From SAR86 cluster bacterium AG-313-D11 (GTDB lineage: Bacteria; Pseudomonadota; Gammaproteobacteria; Magnimaribacterales; D2472), in the NCBI GenBank assembly GCA_003284215.1, contig QBVW01000001.1:150127-214126 (forward strand): 64,000 nucleotides of DNA, written 5' to 3'. Under the pieces are notes generated by a model. It had not been told where the DNA came from. It did not search any database and was given only the letters and a program-made list of their open reading frames with translations. Of the stretch, positions 63,553 to 64,000 are shown piece after piece (positions within the stretch are counted from its first letter, which is position 1; each line of letters starts with the position of its first letter). Both the position numbers and the translations under genes were made by a program.

Positions 63553-64000
63553 TTGCATATCTTAATAAATGGCTTCAACGGAAATATGGGCCAAGCAATC
63601 CAGGCTCAATGCATTCAGTCTGATGTGAAAGCCATGGACTTTCAATTACAAGCAAAAGATTTAAATGATATATCTGCTGTAATAGATTTTTCTTCTCCAG
63701 AGGGGTTTGTTGATTGTGTCAATGTTTGTATTGAGAATTCGATACCTTTAATCTCAGGAACTACAGGTCTCTCAGGCAAGGATTTAGAAATAGTCGATAG
63801 TGCAAAAAAATCTATTCCCATATTGCTTGCTTCTAATATGTCAGTTGGAATCGCTAATTTAAAGAGTTCAATAGAGCAGTATTTATCGTCAATTAGCATC
63901 CCCTCAAAGTGCACAATCATTGAGATTCACCACACAAACAAAAAAGATTCTCCTTCTGGAACGGCGATAGAAATTCAAAGTTTTTTAGAGAATTTGCCTG
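63553..64000 (+). CDS. dapB: 4-hydroxy-tetrahydrodipicolinate reductase, N-terminal part (runs off the window); not in the supplied ORF track
   Basis: Frame open from TTG 63553 to the window end. Contains LHILINGFNGNMGQ (GxxGxxG), IDFSSPEG, PLISGTTGL, ASNMSVG and EIHHTNKKDSPSGTA (DapB E.HH..K.DAPSGTA). Start codon is uncertain. Confidence 0.85.
   Translation, partial: MHILINGFNGNMGQAIQAQCIQSDVKAMDFQLQAKDLNDISAVIDFSSPEGFVDCVNVCIENSIPLISGTTGLSGKDLEIVDSAKKSIPILLASNMSVGIANLKSSIEQYLSSISIPSKCTIIEIHHTNKKDSPSGTAIEIQSFLENLP

Overview
This is an AT-rich, very tightly packed gammaproteobacterial chromosome segment, and most of it is core translation and transcription machinery. In order it contains:
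- the 3' end of an rRNA operon (23S tail and 5S);
- coaE-yacG, then secA-lpxC-rlmB-rnr on the minus strand;
- two TonB-dependent receptors;
- a tRNA-Thr(UGU) locus, then msrA and birA;
- tRNA-Tyr, tRNA-Thr(GGU), tuf, tRNA-Trp, secE-nusG-rplKAJL-rpoBC;
- the str operon (rpsL-rpsG-fusA, with no tufA) and complete S10, spc and alpha ribosomal-protein operons (rpsJ to rplQ, including secY and rpmJ);
- uvrA/ssb, a crotonase, a CsaA-like protein and a MAPEG protein;
- fabB-fabA-ispB, rplU-rpmA-obg, rpsT, tmRNA plus smpB;
- a DUF3429-like protein and an NSS transporter;
- ratA-rnfH, bamE, fur, grpE-dnaK-dnaJ and the start of dapB.

Four genes absent from the supplied ORF track were added by eye: yacG, rpmJ, dapB and the tmRNA. 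Several ORF starts were trimmed: secE, rpsH, rplW, rplU, smpB and the small membrane ORF at 14102.

I found no CRISPR array, transposase, integrase or recognisable defence system. The only clearly accessory stretch is about 7.7-15.2 kb. Its two most interesting items are:
1. A TonB-dependent receptor carrying five long His/Asp/Glu tracts, preceded by a small exported CXXCH protein.
2. A roughly 1 kb insertion with no integrase, bracketed by a perfect 54-bp direct repeat of the tRNA-Thr(UGU) 3' half. It carries three tightly packed orphan ORFs and an operator-like repeat set.

Smaller oddities:
- RNase R reduced to its RNB and S1 domains.
- SecA without its C-terminal zinc finger.
- BirA without an HTH domain.
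- A TTCACCA x3 tandem immediately after the tmRNA CCA end.
- Convergent genes whose stop codons overlap.

The gene order is gammaproteobacterial. The AT richness, compaction and paired TonB receptors resemble streamlined marine clades such as SAR86, but that is only a guess. All functional calls come from reading motifs in the translations and from conserved gene order. No database search was run.
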